A stretch of DNA of 64,000 bases from Christensenellaceae bacterium (GCA_022510765.1 JAFLSU010000008.1:1991-65990), one strand, 5' to 3'. Shown: positions 23,664 through 34,041, counted from the first letter of the stretch. Numbers and translations: made by a program. Notes: a model not told the origin generated them from the sequence alone.

Positions 23664-24044
23664 ATGGCTTGTGAGGGTGCTCAAAAGTTGAAATACGGCG
23701 TAAGGATCAAACTTTTGGATGTAATTATTATAATTACTATTGCTATACTTTCGCTTTCGATATGGTTGTTTATGCCTACGGGCGGCGAAACCGTACTCGT
23801 ATCATGGCACGGTGAGCAGATCTACTGCGGAAGCATTAACGCCAATATTGAAATTGTTACGCCCGATGGACTCAATACCATCTCCGTCAGCCATGGATAT
23901 GTGTATATGAGCCACGCTGAATGTGCCGATAAAACCTGCGTCCATATGGGTAGTGCGTCATCGGGAAGACCTGTCGTGTGCCTTCCGAACCGAGTAATAA
24001 TCACTGTAACAGGCGAATCGGGGGTTGATTCAATCACATGGTGA
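23664..24044 (+). CDS. NusG domain II-containing membrane protein
   Basis: TM helix followed by CADKTCVHMG...VVCLPNRV. Confidence 0.8.
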   Translation: MACEGAQKLKYGVRIKLLDVIIIITIAILSLSIWLFMPTGGETVLVSWHGEQIYCGSINANIEIVTPDGLNTISVSHGYVYMSHAECADKTCVHMGSASSGRPVVCLPNRVIITVTGESGVDSITW

Positions 24045-24577
24045 GACATTTATCCGGCACAAAGCATACGCTAACTGAGACCTCTTTCATTGCTCAAGCC
24101 TCCTTGCTTGCCGCACTCGCGGTGATCATGCACAGCGTTGAAGCGTTGCTGCCGCCGCTCATAGCAGGTGTTCCCGTTAAACTTGGGCTTGCAAATATAT
24201 TTACCCTGCTTGCCGTGATGCGGCTTGGAAACGGTTATGCCGCCTCGATAGTTGTAGTACGTTGTTTACTCGGCACACTCATTTCTGGCTCGGTTTCATC
24301 CCTCCCCTATAGCCTTGTGGGTGCGCTTTTGTCGCTTCTTATCATGGTGCTATTGGAGCCTGTACGCAGGCTGGACAAGTTATCCCCCATCGGCATTAGC
24401 ACTGCTAGCGCATTTATGTTCAATATTGGACAGCTTGCCGTCGGCTGTATCGCCGTTGGCAAAGCGATGCTGTATTATTTCCCTTTGATGAGCCTGTTTT
24501 CCATCCCAACCGGGGTGTTCACCGGGCTTATTGCCTACTATATCGACAAAGGAATCAAGAATAAAAACCATGCCTAA
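24038..24577 (+). CDS. Gx transporter / heptaprenyl-diphosphate synthase component I-like membrane protein
   Basis: GVPVKLGLAN motif, multiple TM helices, usual partner of NusG-II genes. Confidence 0.8.
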   Translation: MVRHLSGTKHTLTETSFIAQASLLAALAVIMHSVEALLPPLIAGVPVKLGLANIFTLLAVMRLGNGYAASIVVVRCLLGTLISGSVSSLPYSLVGALLSLLIMVLLEPVRRLDKLSPIGISTASAFMFNIGQLAVGCIAVGKAMLYYFPLMSLFSIPTGVFTGLIAYYIDKGIKNKNHA

Positions 24578-25796
24578 ATCTATGCGAAAAAAAGTTGAAC
24601 TTCTCGCCCCTGCTGGCAACATGGAGAGGTTAATGACTGCAATCCATTTCGGCGCGGATGCCGTCTACCTCGGTACGACCGCATTTTCGTTGCGCAATCT
24701 TGCGGATAATTTTACGCTTGACGAAGTTGCCGAGGCCGTTCGCTACTCCCACGAACGCAACGTGAAGGTCTATGTAACCGTTAATTCGTTCATGCGCGAT
24801 GATGACCTTGTAGATCTTCCCGATACTATTCGCGCCCTCCATGAAGCGGGCGTGGATGCACTGATAATAAACGACCCTTCCGTGATACGTATCGCTAAGC
24901 GTGTCGCTCCCGAACTCCACCTCCACCTCAGCACGCAGGCGAATACGCTTAATTCGGAGGCTGCGCTTTTCTGGCACGAACAGGGCATTGAACGCATAGT
25001 ACTTGCCCGCGAATTAACCTTGAAGCAGATCGCCGAAATGCGCAGGAAACTGCCCGAAACCTTGGAGCTTGAGGCCTTCGTGCATGGTGCAATGTGCGTA
25101 AGCTATTCCGGGCGTTGTCTTCTCAGCAATTATATCGACGGTCGCGACAGCAACCGAGGCGAATGCGTCCAGCCCTGCCGCTGGTCGTATGAGGTTCGGG
25201 AACGCGGAAAGAATGGGGAGTATTTCACCATCGTATCCGAACGGGATGGCAGCTTCATCCTCAATTCACGAGACATGAATATGGTCTCGCATTTGAACGA
25301 GATAATTGATTCTGGCATCGTGAGCCTTAAGATCGAAGGCCGCATGAAGTCCATCCTCTATGTGGCAACGGTCGTAAACGCTTACCGCATGGCACTTGAC
25401 GGCTGTGATATGCAGGTCGTTCGTAACGAGCTTAATCATGTGAGCCACCGCCCCTACACCACGGGGTTCATGCTCGATAATGATGCGATGGGTTCGACCG
25501 ATGAACTTATGGCACCCGAATCGGGCGGATATATTCAGAATTTTCAGATTTCCGCAGTAGTGCTTGGTTATGACGAGGAGACCAAGACCGCTCACATTGA
25601 ACAGCGCAATCGCTTCTTCGATGGGGATGAGCTGATGATACTCTCGCCCAAGGATGTGCTTCGGAAGTTCACCGTTCACGGTATCCGCACCGAGGACGAC
25701 GTTGTTCAGGACAATGCTCCGCACCCCTGTCAACGGCTTTTCATCGGATGCGATGAACCCGTTAAACCCGGGGACATTCTTAGAAAAAAGGTGTGA
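24570..25796 (+). CDS. U32 peptidase family protein (TrhP-like tRNA hydroxylation)
   Basis: ELLAPAG, HLSTQA, GAMCVSYSGRCLLS, NRGECVQPCRW, KIEGRMK. Confidence 0.92.
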   Translation: MPKSMRKKVELLAPAGNMERLMTAIHFGADAVYLGTTAFSLRNLADNFTLDEVAEAVRYSHERNVKVYVTVNSFMRDDDLVDLPDTIRALHEAGVDALIINDPSVIRIAKRVAPELHLHLSTQANTLNSEAALFWHEQGIERIVLARELTLKQIAEMRRKLPETLELEAFVHGAMCVSYSGRCLLSNYIDGRDSNRGECVQPCRWSYEVRERGKNGEYFTIVSERDGSFILNSRDMNMVSHLNEIIDSGIVSLKIEGRMKSILYVATVVNAYRMALDGCDMQVVRNELNHVSHRPYTTGFMLDNDAMGSTDELMAPESGGYIQNFQISAVVLGYDEETKTAHIEQRNRFFDGDELMILSPKDVLRKFTVHGIRTEDDVVQDNAPHPCQRLFIGCDEPVKPGDILRKKV

Positions 25797-26725
25797 TTAC
25801 CATGGAAAATACTTTAGGTGAATTGCTGAAATCCTATTGTGCGCTCTCCGATGAAGCGCATGTGCTTATCGTTACTGATGCCTCGCAGCGGCATATTTCC
25901 GATATGATAAGCTCAAGCCTGCCCAACGAATGCAGCACGGTCGAGTTTTCAAAGGATAGCGAAATACTTAATAGGATGCGTGGACTGTTGCCCCACGACC
26001 TGCTGCTTGTGATCCTTGGATTTGATACCTACGTTAACGAAGGAGCCAGTAGATTCTTTTCTCCTTTTGGAAAACCCGACGGCGTTACCGCAAAGTATGC
26101 GTTCGTTCGTCTTGGGATTTCCGCTGAATCACTCCAACAGGGACTATCAACCCCGATAGATACCGTTACTAATAAGATTCGCGAAATGGAACGGTTTGAT
26201 CCCGAGCATGAGATTCACATTCGTAGTGCCGCTGGAACCGACATTAGGCTGCGCGCAAATAAGTTTATAACCTGCTCGCATTTCATAACGGAGGACGGTG
26301 GGTATGCCTTCCTGCCGCCATCCGAGACATCTTCCGATGTTGTCCTGGGCAGCGCAAACGGTCGCATCGTCGTGGATGTTACCGTTGGACAGCTCTATCA
26401 TTACGGAAAGCTCCTCGGTGAATTTGGGTTGGTTCCATCCCCCGTTACCATCACGGTGCAAAACGGAATAGTGACCGATATCTTTGGTTGTTCCATGGCG
26501 GATGAACTGAAAAGCAAACTCTTTGCGCTTCCTTCGGAATGCAGAGAGCTTGTCGAGCTTGGACAAGGGCTGTCTCTGATGAAACCTACGGGACTTATAG
26601 GCGTTGATGAAAGCATCATCACCACCTGTCATTTCGGTATCGGAGACGGCGCAAAATGCGGACTGCATCTCGATGTCGTAATAAACAGTCCGATAATAAG
26701 CGTACTAAATGAAGAGATCGGATGA
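25793..26725 (+). CDS. Divergent M29/aminopeptidase T-like metalloprotein
   Basis: LPPSE, ELVELGQG, GVDES...CHFGIG and HLDVV follow the C-terminal metal-ligand pattern of that fold. Confidence 0.55.
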   Translation: MITMENTLGELLKSYCALSDEAHVLIVTDASQRHISDMISSSLPNECSTVEFSKDSEILNRMRGLLPHDLLLVILGFDTYVNEGASRFFSPFGKPDGVTAKYAFVRLGISAESLQQGLSTPIDTVTNKIREMERFDPEHEIHIRSAAGTDIRLRANKFITCSHFITEDGGYAFLPPSETSSDVVLGSANGRIVVDVTVGQLYHYGKLLGEFGLVPSPVTITVQNGIVTDIFGCSMADELKSKLFALPSECRELVELGQGLSLMKPTGLIGVDESIITTCHFGIGDGAKCGLHLDVVINSPIISVLNEEIG

Positions 26726-26771
26726 TGGCTAATTCATTGCGTCATCACCCATTGTTATTTTTCGCAATGCA

Positions 26772-26800
26772 AATCGAGTGCCCGGTTCGAGCACTCGATT
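26772..26800. terminator. Hairpin between convergent genes
   Basis: aatcgagtgc-9 nt-gcactcgatt, perfect 10-bp stem. Confidence 0.75.
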
Positions 26801-26816
26801 AAAGCTATTTGCAAAT

Positions 26817-28046
26817 TCATTTTCCAAAGCTGATTCTTTCACGAAGCATTGGCATACTCATGCAGCGTGGGCCTCCCCTGCCACGGCTGAGTTCGCCGCC
26901 CGGGATCGGATTCACCTTGACTCCCGCCTTGTCTATCAGTTCATTGGTGATAACGTTGCGGTCATAGGTTATGATGCTGCCTGGAGCCATGGCAAGCGAG
27001 TTTGCGCCCATGTTCCAGTGTTCGCGCCGATACTGTATCGGGTCTCCCCCTCCCATTTCAACAAAGGTCACCTTATCAAGTCCCAAAGCACGTTCAAGAA
27101 CATGCTCGGTTGAATCGGTCGTAAGGGACACGTTAAGCTCACCATTGCCCGAAGGAGTGATCTCGTAGATGTCGAACCATTTGTGCGCAATGCAGGGATG
27201 GGCAAGAAATTTGTCGTAATCGATATGGGTCATAAGCACATCAAGGTGCATATAGGTTCTGGAGCTTGGATTTTTGAAGAGAAGGACACGCTCATAGCCG
27301 CGCTCAAACAAGGTTAGCGCAAGGCGTTCCACCGCAGCAACCGTTGTGCGCTCACCGCTACCTATGGCAACGCATTTATCCGATAGGGAGAGCACGTCGC
27401 CGCCCTCAATGCCGCAGCCGCAGTTGTAATCATAAAGCAAATCCACACCGCCCTTGCCGAAATACTCACTATACTTATGAATGTAACGAACGAATAGCGT
27501 TTCCCTCATGCGTGCGGGCATGCTCATTGCGGAAATTGCTATGCCCGTACCCAAGCAGAAGCTGATATCCCTTGTGAAATACAGATTGGGAAGCGGGTCG
27601 GTAAGGAACGGATAATCGTCCTTTATCAAGGATTGAATAGGTTTTTTCTGAACATCCTTCAGATCTGCAACGGTTATGCCCTTTGCTACCGCGTCGAACA
27701 GCTTATCATAAGGAACGGTGTTCAGGTATTCTTTAACCGCCGCAGAAAGGCTGATACCTTTAACACCTATATCCACAAAATCATCTATGAAAGCCTTGCG
27801 AATATCATCATCCTTTACGACTTGTGCGAACATGTCCTCAATATAGACCACATCAACGTCGTTCGAACGCAGGATATTAGCAAAAACATCATGCTCCTCT
27901 CCGGCACGGCGCACATCGGGCGTATCCTCGGCGAGCATTCTTTCAAGATAATCAGGCATAAGGTTTGATAACTCAACACCCGGGCGGTGCAGCATTACCC
28001 TCTGCAATCTGCCGATCTCGGACTTTACATTGATAAGCTCGTTCAT
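26817..28046 (-). CDS. arcA: Arginine deiminase
   Basis: SEIGRL..V.LHRPG, PNLYFTRD, IEGGD, MHLD, ELSRGRGGPRCMSMP; GGAGG before ATG 28046. Confidence 0.93.
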   Translation of the reverse strand: MNELINVKSEIGRLQRVMLHRPGVELSNLMPDYLERMLAEDTPDVRRAGEEHDVFANILRSNDVDVVYIEDMFAQVVKDDDIRKAFIDDFVDIGVKGISLSAAVKEYLNTVPYDKLFDAVAKGITVADLKDVQKKPIQSLIKDDYPFLTDPLPNLYFTRDISFCLGTGIAISAMSMPARMRETLFVRYIHKYSEYFGKGGVDLLYDYNCGCGIEGGDVLSLSDKCVAIGSGERTTVAAVERLALTLFERGYERVLLFKNPSSRTYMHLDVLMTHIDYDKFLAHPCIAHKWFDIYEITPSGNGELNVSLTTDSTEHVLERALGLDKVTFVEMGGGDPIQYRREHWNMGANSLAMAPGSIITYDRNVITNELIDKAGVKVNPIPGGELSRGRGGPRCMSMPMLRERISFGK

Positions 28047-28097
28047 TAACTCCTCCAAACCGGGTCACACAATCAACCCCATAATTTGTGCATCGGT

Positions 28098-28125
28098 ATT
28101 ATAACACATTTTCCAATTAGTGCAA
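28098..28125 (-). promoter_or_regulatory. Sigma-A promoter for arcA
   Basis: Minus strand TTGCAC-16 bp-TATAAT with extended -10 TG. Confidence 0.6.
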
Positions 28126-28283
28126 ATACTTAGGAAAGGGTTGTTGTTACCAACCATTGACGCTGTAACACCGAACAAGCTGCAAAAAAGGTCAAGGCGC
28201 TCGACCATGAACGGTCAAGGCACCTTTACTTTACTGCATTATTAATTTGGTCAAGATTTTATACTAATGCACTGCTGTATACA

Positions 28284-28952
28284 TCAGTTAAATGACGGTG
28301 GAGTAACATTAACATCGGTGAACCGACTGTCTGCGGGCGAAGGTTCTGACATGCTGAAGTACATTTTTGCGGCCCTTGTCGTTCCGAAATCGCGATTCGA
28401 GCCGGTATCTTGCACCTTATTGAACGCCTCTCTGAACATTGCGTTGTGCGCTTCCTCGCGGTTCAAAAGGAAATCGATAGTTTCCCTGACTTTCTTGTCA
28501 TCTATCTGCCGATACAGGTATTCATAAACCACTTTAGCTCTTTGCTCAGATGCGATGTTTGAAAGAAGATCCGCACAAAGATCGCCTGTAACCGTCACAT
28601 AGTCACCGGTCCAAGAATAGCCGGAAGCGTTAATAAGACCTGGATTCAATCCTAAAAGCACATGGGATTGGATCTCTCCTGCGGGGACGGACATTGCGCC
28701 AATATCGTGACCGTTCAGCAGATTAATGGTCTGCGCGACCATTTCCATATGGCCAAGTTCTTCCGCCGCAATATCCAAAAACAGATCCTTGATTTCCGGA
28801 TCTTTGATACGGAAACTCTGTGACATATACTGCATTGCAGCCTTTAATTCACCGTTTGCACCTCCAAGCTGTTCTTGAAGGAGTGCGGCATACTGAGGGT
28901 TAGATTTTTCAACGGCAACCGGGTGAAATAGCGTTTTTTCATGTTTAAACAT
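28284..28952 (-). CDS. Manganese catalase family protein
   Basis: EQLGGANGEL.AAMQY, DIAAEELGHME, NIASE, REEAH. Confidence 0.92.
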   Translation of the reverse strand: MFKHEKTLFHPVAVEKSNPQYAALLQEQLGGANGELKAAMQYMSQSFRIKDPEIKDLFLDIAAEELGHMEMVAQTINLLNGHDIGAMSVPAGEIQSHVLLGLNPGLINASGYSWTGDYVTVTGDLCADLLSNIASEQRAKVVYEYLYRQIDDKKVRETIDFLLNREEAHNAMFREAFNKVQDTGSNRDFGTTRAAKMYFSMSEPSPADSRFTDVNVTPPSFN

Positions 28953-29047
28953 ATAATTTACCTCACTTTCTTACATTAGCATCTGTGCATTTGAAAATTG
29001 TATTCATTTCAGCACGACATATTAAATATGAAGAAAGTGAAGCAGCC

Positions 29048-29584
29048 TTATTTATCAAGACTTGAAAAGTATTGCTCTTTGGTTATCGTAAATCTTGAAA
29101 AGCCATTTTTATCTCTATGCTGTGTAAACCCTGCGAAAAGGTGAGTTTTAACGGCGGCATAGCGAGTATCCTCGAATTCGTTGTGTACGGCATCGGCATT
29201 TAAGTTTTCAAAAGCATGCTTTAATAATAAGTTCAAGGCTTCTTCGGCATAGCCATTGCCACGATGCTTATGCTCCAAAACGATGCCCATTTCATACCAA
29301 TCCTGATTCTGTACTTTATGAAGATTCACTTCACCGATAAAAGCTTCGTCCTCGCTTCTCACAATATAGGCATAAAAGCGCATTGGTTCGCCACAAACGA
29401 AGTATTGATACCAAGCCTGCCAATCCTCTTTAGGAAAATCCAGGCAGCCCGTATCCTTGTGATAACCTTCAATGTCCAAATCATAATTTCGATTATAACT
29501 CATCGTATCGAGATCGTTTAAAAGCTGCTGCCGATACCACAATTCATCGATTGAAGGAACATGTAAATATAATTTCTTTGCCAT
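29048..29584 (-). CDS. GNAT acetyltransferase (RimL-like)
   Basis: EMGIVLEHKHRGNGYAEEAL acetyl-CoA motif; GGAGG before ATG 29584. Confidence 0.85.
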   Translation of the reverse strand: MAKKLYLHVPSIDELWYRQQLLNDLDTMSYNRNYDLDIEGYHKDTGCLDFPKEDWQAWYQYFVCGEPMRFYAYIVRSEDEAFIGEVNLHKVQNQDWYEMGIVLEHKHRGNGYAEEALNLLLKHAFENLNADAVHNEFEDTRYAAVKTHLFAGFTQHRDKNGFSRFTITKEQYFSSLDK

Positions 29585-29604
29585 ATAACCTCCTCTTGGA
29601 TAAG

Positions 29605-30357
29605 TCATACATATGCGTCTACGTGAATCACAAGCCGTCCTTTGCGCGTTTCGCGAACGGTTTCACGATATATGAATCGACCATAGCCGCGCATGGATAC
29701 GACATCGCCGCTTCGAAGGGTCTTGCTGCCGTCCATGCAGCACCTGCCATTTATGAACAGCTTCCCAGATGCAATAAGCTCGTTCACCGCGCTGCGAGAA
29801 AGCTTAAGAAACTGCGAGGCGATGCCGTCCAGCCGCTCGCTTGCTGAATTGAGCTGCATGGTCTGTGTTTTAAATAGCTCACCGGCAGGCAGTTCCGTGG
29901 CAATGGAGCAGCTCAGATCGGTATGCTTTGCACGCACAAGACCATCACAGATATATTGCGAAATCTGCTCCGTGCAAAATATGTATGCAACATTTTCGCG
30001 TATCACAATATCACCCGTTCGACTGCGATCTATACCAAGGTTCATGACCGCTCCAAGAATATCGCGATGCGAAAGCCTATCGGCAAATTTTTGCGAAAGC
30101 GGTTCAGCTTTTACGCATGAAATGGGGAATGGCATATCGTATCCGCAAAGGGACTCGCTACCAAAACGAACCATCACTCGTTCGCAGCCATCCGCGCCGC
30201 CATACAGTGAATGCGGAACATATGAAATTGCCTTTTCCGCTCGGTGCAGAACATCCTGCTCTGCAAGCCCAAGGAAGGAGGTGAAGCAATATTGCCCGGT
30301 GTGATAAGCCTTTTCGGCAAGTTCCAGTATTCGCTTTTTTAACAGTTCTTCATCCAT
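29605..30357 (-). CDS. YlmH family S4 RNA-binding protein
   Basis: LSHRDILGAVMNLGI, RLDGIAS...LSRS, GDVVSMRGYGR. Confidence 0.9.
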   Translation of the reverse strand: MDEELLKKRILELAEKAYHTGQYCFTSFLGLAEQDVLHRAEKAISYVPHSLYGGADGCERVMVRFGSESLCGYDMPFPISCVKAEPLSQKFADRLSHRDILGAVMNLGIDRSRTGDIVIRENVAYIFCTEQISQYICDGLVRAKHTDLSCSIATELPAGELFKTQTMQLNSASERLDGIASQFLKLSRSAVNELIASGKLFINGRCCMDGSKTLRSGDVVSMRGYGRFIYRETVRETRKGRLVIHVDAYV

Positions 30358-30365
30358 AATATTAT

Positions 30366-31475
30366 TTAGCCAAGGTCAAATTCTGCAGAAACTTCATAGA
30401 TACCGCCACCGGAATAATCATAAAATACAACTTGATTATTCTCCCTGTCAAGCTCATAAAAATCACCAAAACACACACCGGTATATATGTCCGAAAAGCG
30501 CGTATCGCTGATATCGAAAACGCCTTCTATTGGATAGTCGGCTCCTGCAAAATACCGGGTATTTACAACATAGTAGCCATAGCTTGTCCGCGCATTTGAA
30601 GTAAAACCGAAAAAGGTGAGGCTTTCCGATTTATCCCATGTCGGATCAGCATAGTACCATTTGCCTCCAAGCTTGAACAGCGTCCATTCGTGATGTCCAA
30701 CGCCGCCGTCGGCACTAACCGTAAGTGCTTCAACTCCGATTTGATTAAGTAGGAACGCATATCCTCGGCCGTAGCACCAGCATACGCCTTTTTCATTCAA
30801 TATCGAGTCAAAGCAATGATCGTACAATTCGCCGTCATAGTCGGGATCGGTGCCATCGTAATAATCGGAGGTAGGCGTATCATACTTCACTCGGCTTGTA
30901 AAAGCATTGTAGATCACAAGGCAGCGCATAGCCATGCTGTCGTCGTTCGTGAGGAGGGCAATGTAATCAAGCGCCTTGGATTCAAACTGCGAAATCAGTT
31001 CAGCATGTTCTTTTTCGGTAGTCGTGTACTTCCATGAGACGGTATTGCTGCCGTATTCGATGGAAGTTTCATCAACATCACTGTAGAATATGGGAAAGCA
31101 TAGCTCTATCAAATACTCTAAACTAACTATCTCATCATCAGCAGAAAACTCTATCGAAGTCTCGTATCCAAGATACGCGGGTATGATCTTCTCATATGCA
31201 TCAATATCCGCAGCAGTAAGCTTATCCCTGATTGCATCGGGTATCGCAAAATAGTCCAGCTCTTGCGTGATCGGCTTTGGCGATGGTTCGTCGAAAGGAC
31301 ACTGCGTTGGATCTGCCGAATGAAATTCCGTTGGGGAAAGCGTCGGAATCGTGGTCAAAACCTGAGTTGGTTCCGGCGTTTCGGGCGTTTTATCACTGTG
31401 AGACGGCGCGCAGCCAAAAATCGCGCCTGCACAGATAAGAATAGCAATTATCAGAAACCAGATTCGTTTAATCAT
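30366..31475 (-). CDS. Lipoprotein with transglutaminase-like domain
   Basis: Lipobox IFGC, Pro/Thr linker, Cys-His-Asp triad (GVCWCY, HEWT, YADPTWD). Confidence 0.8.
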   Translation of the reverse strand: MIKRIWFLIIAILICAGAIFGCAPSHSDKTPETPEPTQVLTTIPTLSPTEFHSADPTQCPFDEPSPKPITQELDYFAIPDAIRDKLTAADIDAYEKIIPAYLGYETSIEFSADDEIVSLEYLIELCFPIFYSDVDETSIEYGSNTVSWKYTTTEKEHAELISQFESKALDYIALLTNDDSMAMRCLVIYNAFTSRVKYDTPTSDYYDGTDPDYDGELYDHCFDSILNEKGVCWCYGRGYAFLLNQIGVEALTVSADGGVGHHEWTLFKLGGKWYYADPTWDKSESLTFFGFTSNARTSYGYYVVNTRYFAGADYPIEGVFDISDTRFSDIYTGVCFGDFYELDRENNQVVFYDYSGGGIYEVSAEFDLG

Positions 31476-31528
31476 GAAATTCTTCCACTCCTTAAATTAA
31501 ATTTTAAAGCACAATTTCACTTATTGTC

Positions 31529-32299
31529 TCAGCCGTCCTCGTTGTCGAAAGTCCACCAAATATTATCGGAACTGACTGTCAGATCAAGCTTTCCCTGCAA
31601 TCTAAGCGAAGCATCATTGCTGGTATACACCTGCCCATAGGGGATCCAACCTCGCTCAATGTGCAGATTATGCATGAAGCATTCAAGCTCCACTCCTATG
31701 CCGCGCCGTCTGTACTCTGGGAAAACCTCAAGCATACCTGCGCTCCCGTCGGAATGCCAGCCGATAAATCCGACAAGCTCTCCTTCAATCTCGGCACCAT
31801 ACATTAACTTCTTCTCTATGAGGTCATGGGCTTCATCAATATCTGACAACATATGATAATGTTCGATTACGGCGGCTGCGTCCTTAGCTGTAAGCGGTCT
31901 GATGTCGCATATTCCGCGCAGAGGAATAATCTCCTTTGAATATCTGCAATACTGTAAGCACGCTTCACCGATGAAAAAATCGGTTGCGGAGGAAACGGCA
32001 TCCAAGGCCGGTTTCCCATGAGCTATGCAGCAGTGCATTAAGTTTTCAGCGTTACCGGAATCAGCGGTGCTGTCGTTTGAAATAGCTTTATCGGTAGTAA
32101 CGCACGAAAGCGCACGGATACCCTCGGCAGTATCGTCGCACCAAAGCATATGCATGCCCGCTTTGTGCTTAATCAGGATTGCATTATCGGACATAAAAAG
32201 AATTTTATCCAAATTGCCCCTGTTAAAGGTTTCAACCATATCGACCGTAAGCGCACCCAACTCTCTGAGTTTACTGAGCGCAAGTTCCATCTTATTCAT
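31529..32299 (-). CDS. GNAT acetyltransferase (FR47-like C-terminus)
   Basis: GMLEVFPEYRRRGIG, N.ASLRLQGKL. Confidence 0.85.
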   Translation of the reverse strand: MNKMELALSKLRELGALTVDMVETFNRGNLDKILFMSDNAILIKHKAGMHMLWCDDTAEGIRALSCVTTDKAISNDSTADSGNAENLMHCCIAHGKPALDAVSSATDFFIGEACLQYCRYSKEIIPLRGICDIRPLTAKDAAAVIEHYHMLSDIDEAHDLIEKKLMYGAEIEGELVGFIGWHSDGSAGMLEVFPEYRRRGIGVELECFMHNLHIERGWIPYGQVYTSNDASLRLQGKLDLTVSSDNIWWTFDNEDG

Positions 32300-32383
32300 A
32301 TCACACTCCGCTTGTTTATATTTGTTTAGAGATGCGAAACTCGTACTGCACGATGCAGGGGGCGATTCACCGCTTCGATTAAC

Positions 32384-32761
32384 CTATTCGATTACGGGTC
32401 TGCGCTTTGCATGGCGGCATATCGCCTCAAAGGTCTCAGCACTGATGTCATGCTCTATTTTACATGCATCCTCGCGTGCAGTAGCCTCATTTACGCCTAT
32501 ATGTATGAGGAAAGCGGTAAGCATCTTATGCCGTTCGTACATCCTTTCGGCAATCTCAAGTCCCGAAGGAGTGAGGCTGATAAGACCATCGCTGTCCATG
32601 GTGATATAGCCGTTTTCACGCAGACGCTTGGTTGCATAGCTTACGCTTGGTTTGGTAACGCCTAAATGCTCCGCCACATCGACCGATCGGATGAAACCGT
32701 TGCGTTCCTGCATCATCAGCATGGTCTCAAGGTAATCTTCGGAAGACTTTTGTATTTTCAT
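32384..32761 (-). CDS. DtxR/MntR family metal-dependent regulator
   Basis: EDYLE, DVAEHLGVTKPSVS, ERHK, DACKIEH; upstream TTGCAA-17 bp-TAATCT. Confidence 0.9.
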   Translation of the reverse strand: MKIQKSSEDYLETMLMMQERNGFIRSVDVAEHLGVTKPSVSYATKRLRENGYITMDSDGLISLTPSGLEIAERMYERHKMLTAFLIHIGVNEATAREDACKIEHDISAETFEAICRHAKRRPVIE

Positions 32762-33073
32762 AATCGTAATCAACCTTTCGTCAAATAAGGAATCCGTATC
32801 CCAAAATAGATTAGCACAATAAAAAAAGATTTGCAAATTTTTTGTTGTGTGACGAGCCATTTTTGAAAAAATTCATGTGCTGCGGTAGAATTAGTTTATA
32901 ACACCTTGTAAGACAGTTAATTAAAAACTTCGGGCAAACAAAAACGTTAAAATATATTTATTTTTTTGATTGTTTTAATGTGCATTTAATGATAGACTTA
33001 TTAATTCGTGATATTAAGTATCACAATAGTCAACAAAAACCGCATTACCGTTTTCATGCAGGAGGTATGGTGA

Positions 33074-33994
33074 ATGAAAAAAAGCATTGACAAAAAGCAG
33101 ATGACATCAAAGTCAAAGAATAGAGTTTTTACAGCTGCGCGCATAAAAACCCTTGCCGCAGACGTCCTCTACGATATTCTCGGCAGCATTCTTTACGGCG
33201 CCGGCATGTACACCTTTGCCGTCGCAGCAAACTTTGCACCCGGCGGTGTATCGGGTATCGCAATCCTTATCAATCACCTGACCAACGGACTGGTTCCGAT
33301 TGGTTTTTGCACTATCATCATTAACATTCCCATAATCATTATTTGCCTGCGCACGCTTGGGAAGGGCTTTTTCCTTCGCTCCGTCAAGACTATCATAATC
33401 TCCGCAGTTATTGTGGACTACCTTATGCCCATGCTCCCCGTCTACACCGGCGAGCCAATCCTTGCTGCTATCTTTGGCGGAATATTTGCCGGCGCGGGTC
33501 TTGCTTTCATCTACATGCGCGAATCCTCCACGGGCGGTTCTGATTTCGTTATCCTCGCGATTCGCAAGAAGAACCCCCAGCTTTCAATAGGCAATATTTC
33601 CCTGGCGGTGGACGGCGTAATTATACTGCTCGGTTGGATGGTTTACGGTCGAATCGACGCGGTGCTATACGGTATCATCATGACGATTGGCTACAGCCTA
33701 ATCGTTGACAAACTCATGTACGGTATCGACATGAGGAAGCTCGCCATAATCATCACCACAAAGGGTGAGGATATTGCGAGGGAGATCGGTCACGAGGTTG
33801 AACGTGGCGTTACGGTTGCAAAGGGCGTTGGCGCATACACCGGCAACGAAAAGCAGATTCTGCTCTGTACCTGCTCAAAGGCGGAGGTATTCAAAATAAA
33901 GCGCATTGCCTATTCGCACGACAGCAAATCCTTTATCATGGTCAGTTCTCTGGATGCGGCATACGGCGAGGGCTTCAAGCCGCATATGGATTAA
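33074..33994 (+). CDS. YitT family membrane protein
   Basis: APGGVSG, SSTGGSD, RGVT...G.GAYTG C-terminal DUF2179-like domain. Confidence 0.9.
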   Translation: MKKSIDKKQMTSKSKNRVFTAARIKTLAADVLYDILGSILYGAGMYTFAVAANFAPGGVSGIAILINHLTNGLVPIGFCTIIINIPIIIICLRTLGKGFFLRSVKTIIISAVIVDYLMPMLPVYTGEPILAAIFGGIFAGAGLAFIYMRESSTGGSDFVILAIRKKNPQLSIGNISLAVDGVIILLGWMVYGRIDAVLYGIIMTIGYSLIVDKLMYGIDMRKLAIIITTKGEDIAREIGHEVERGVTVAKGVGAYTGNEKQILLCTCSKAEVFKIKRIAYSHDSKSFIMVSSLDAAYGEGFKPHMD

Positions 33995-34041
33995 ACGGAT
34001 TTGCATTATTCTTAATAGCCATTTTCAATGCTTATGCATGG

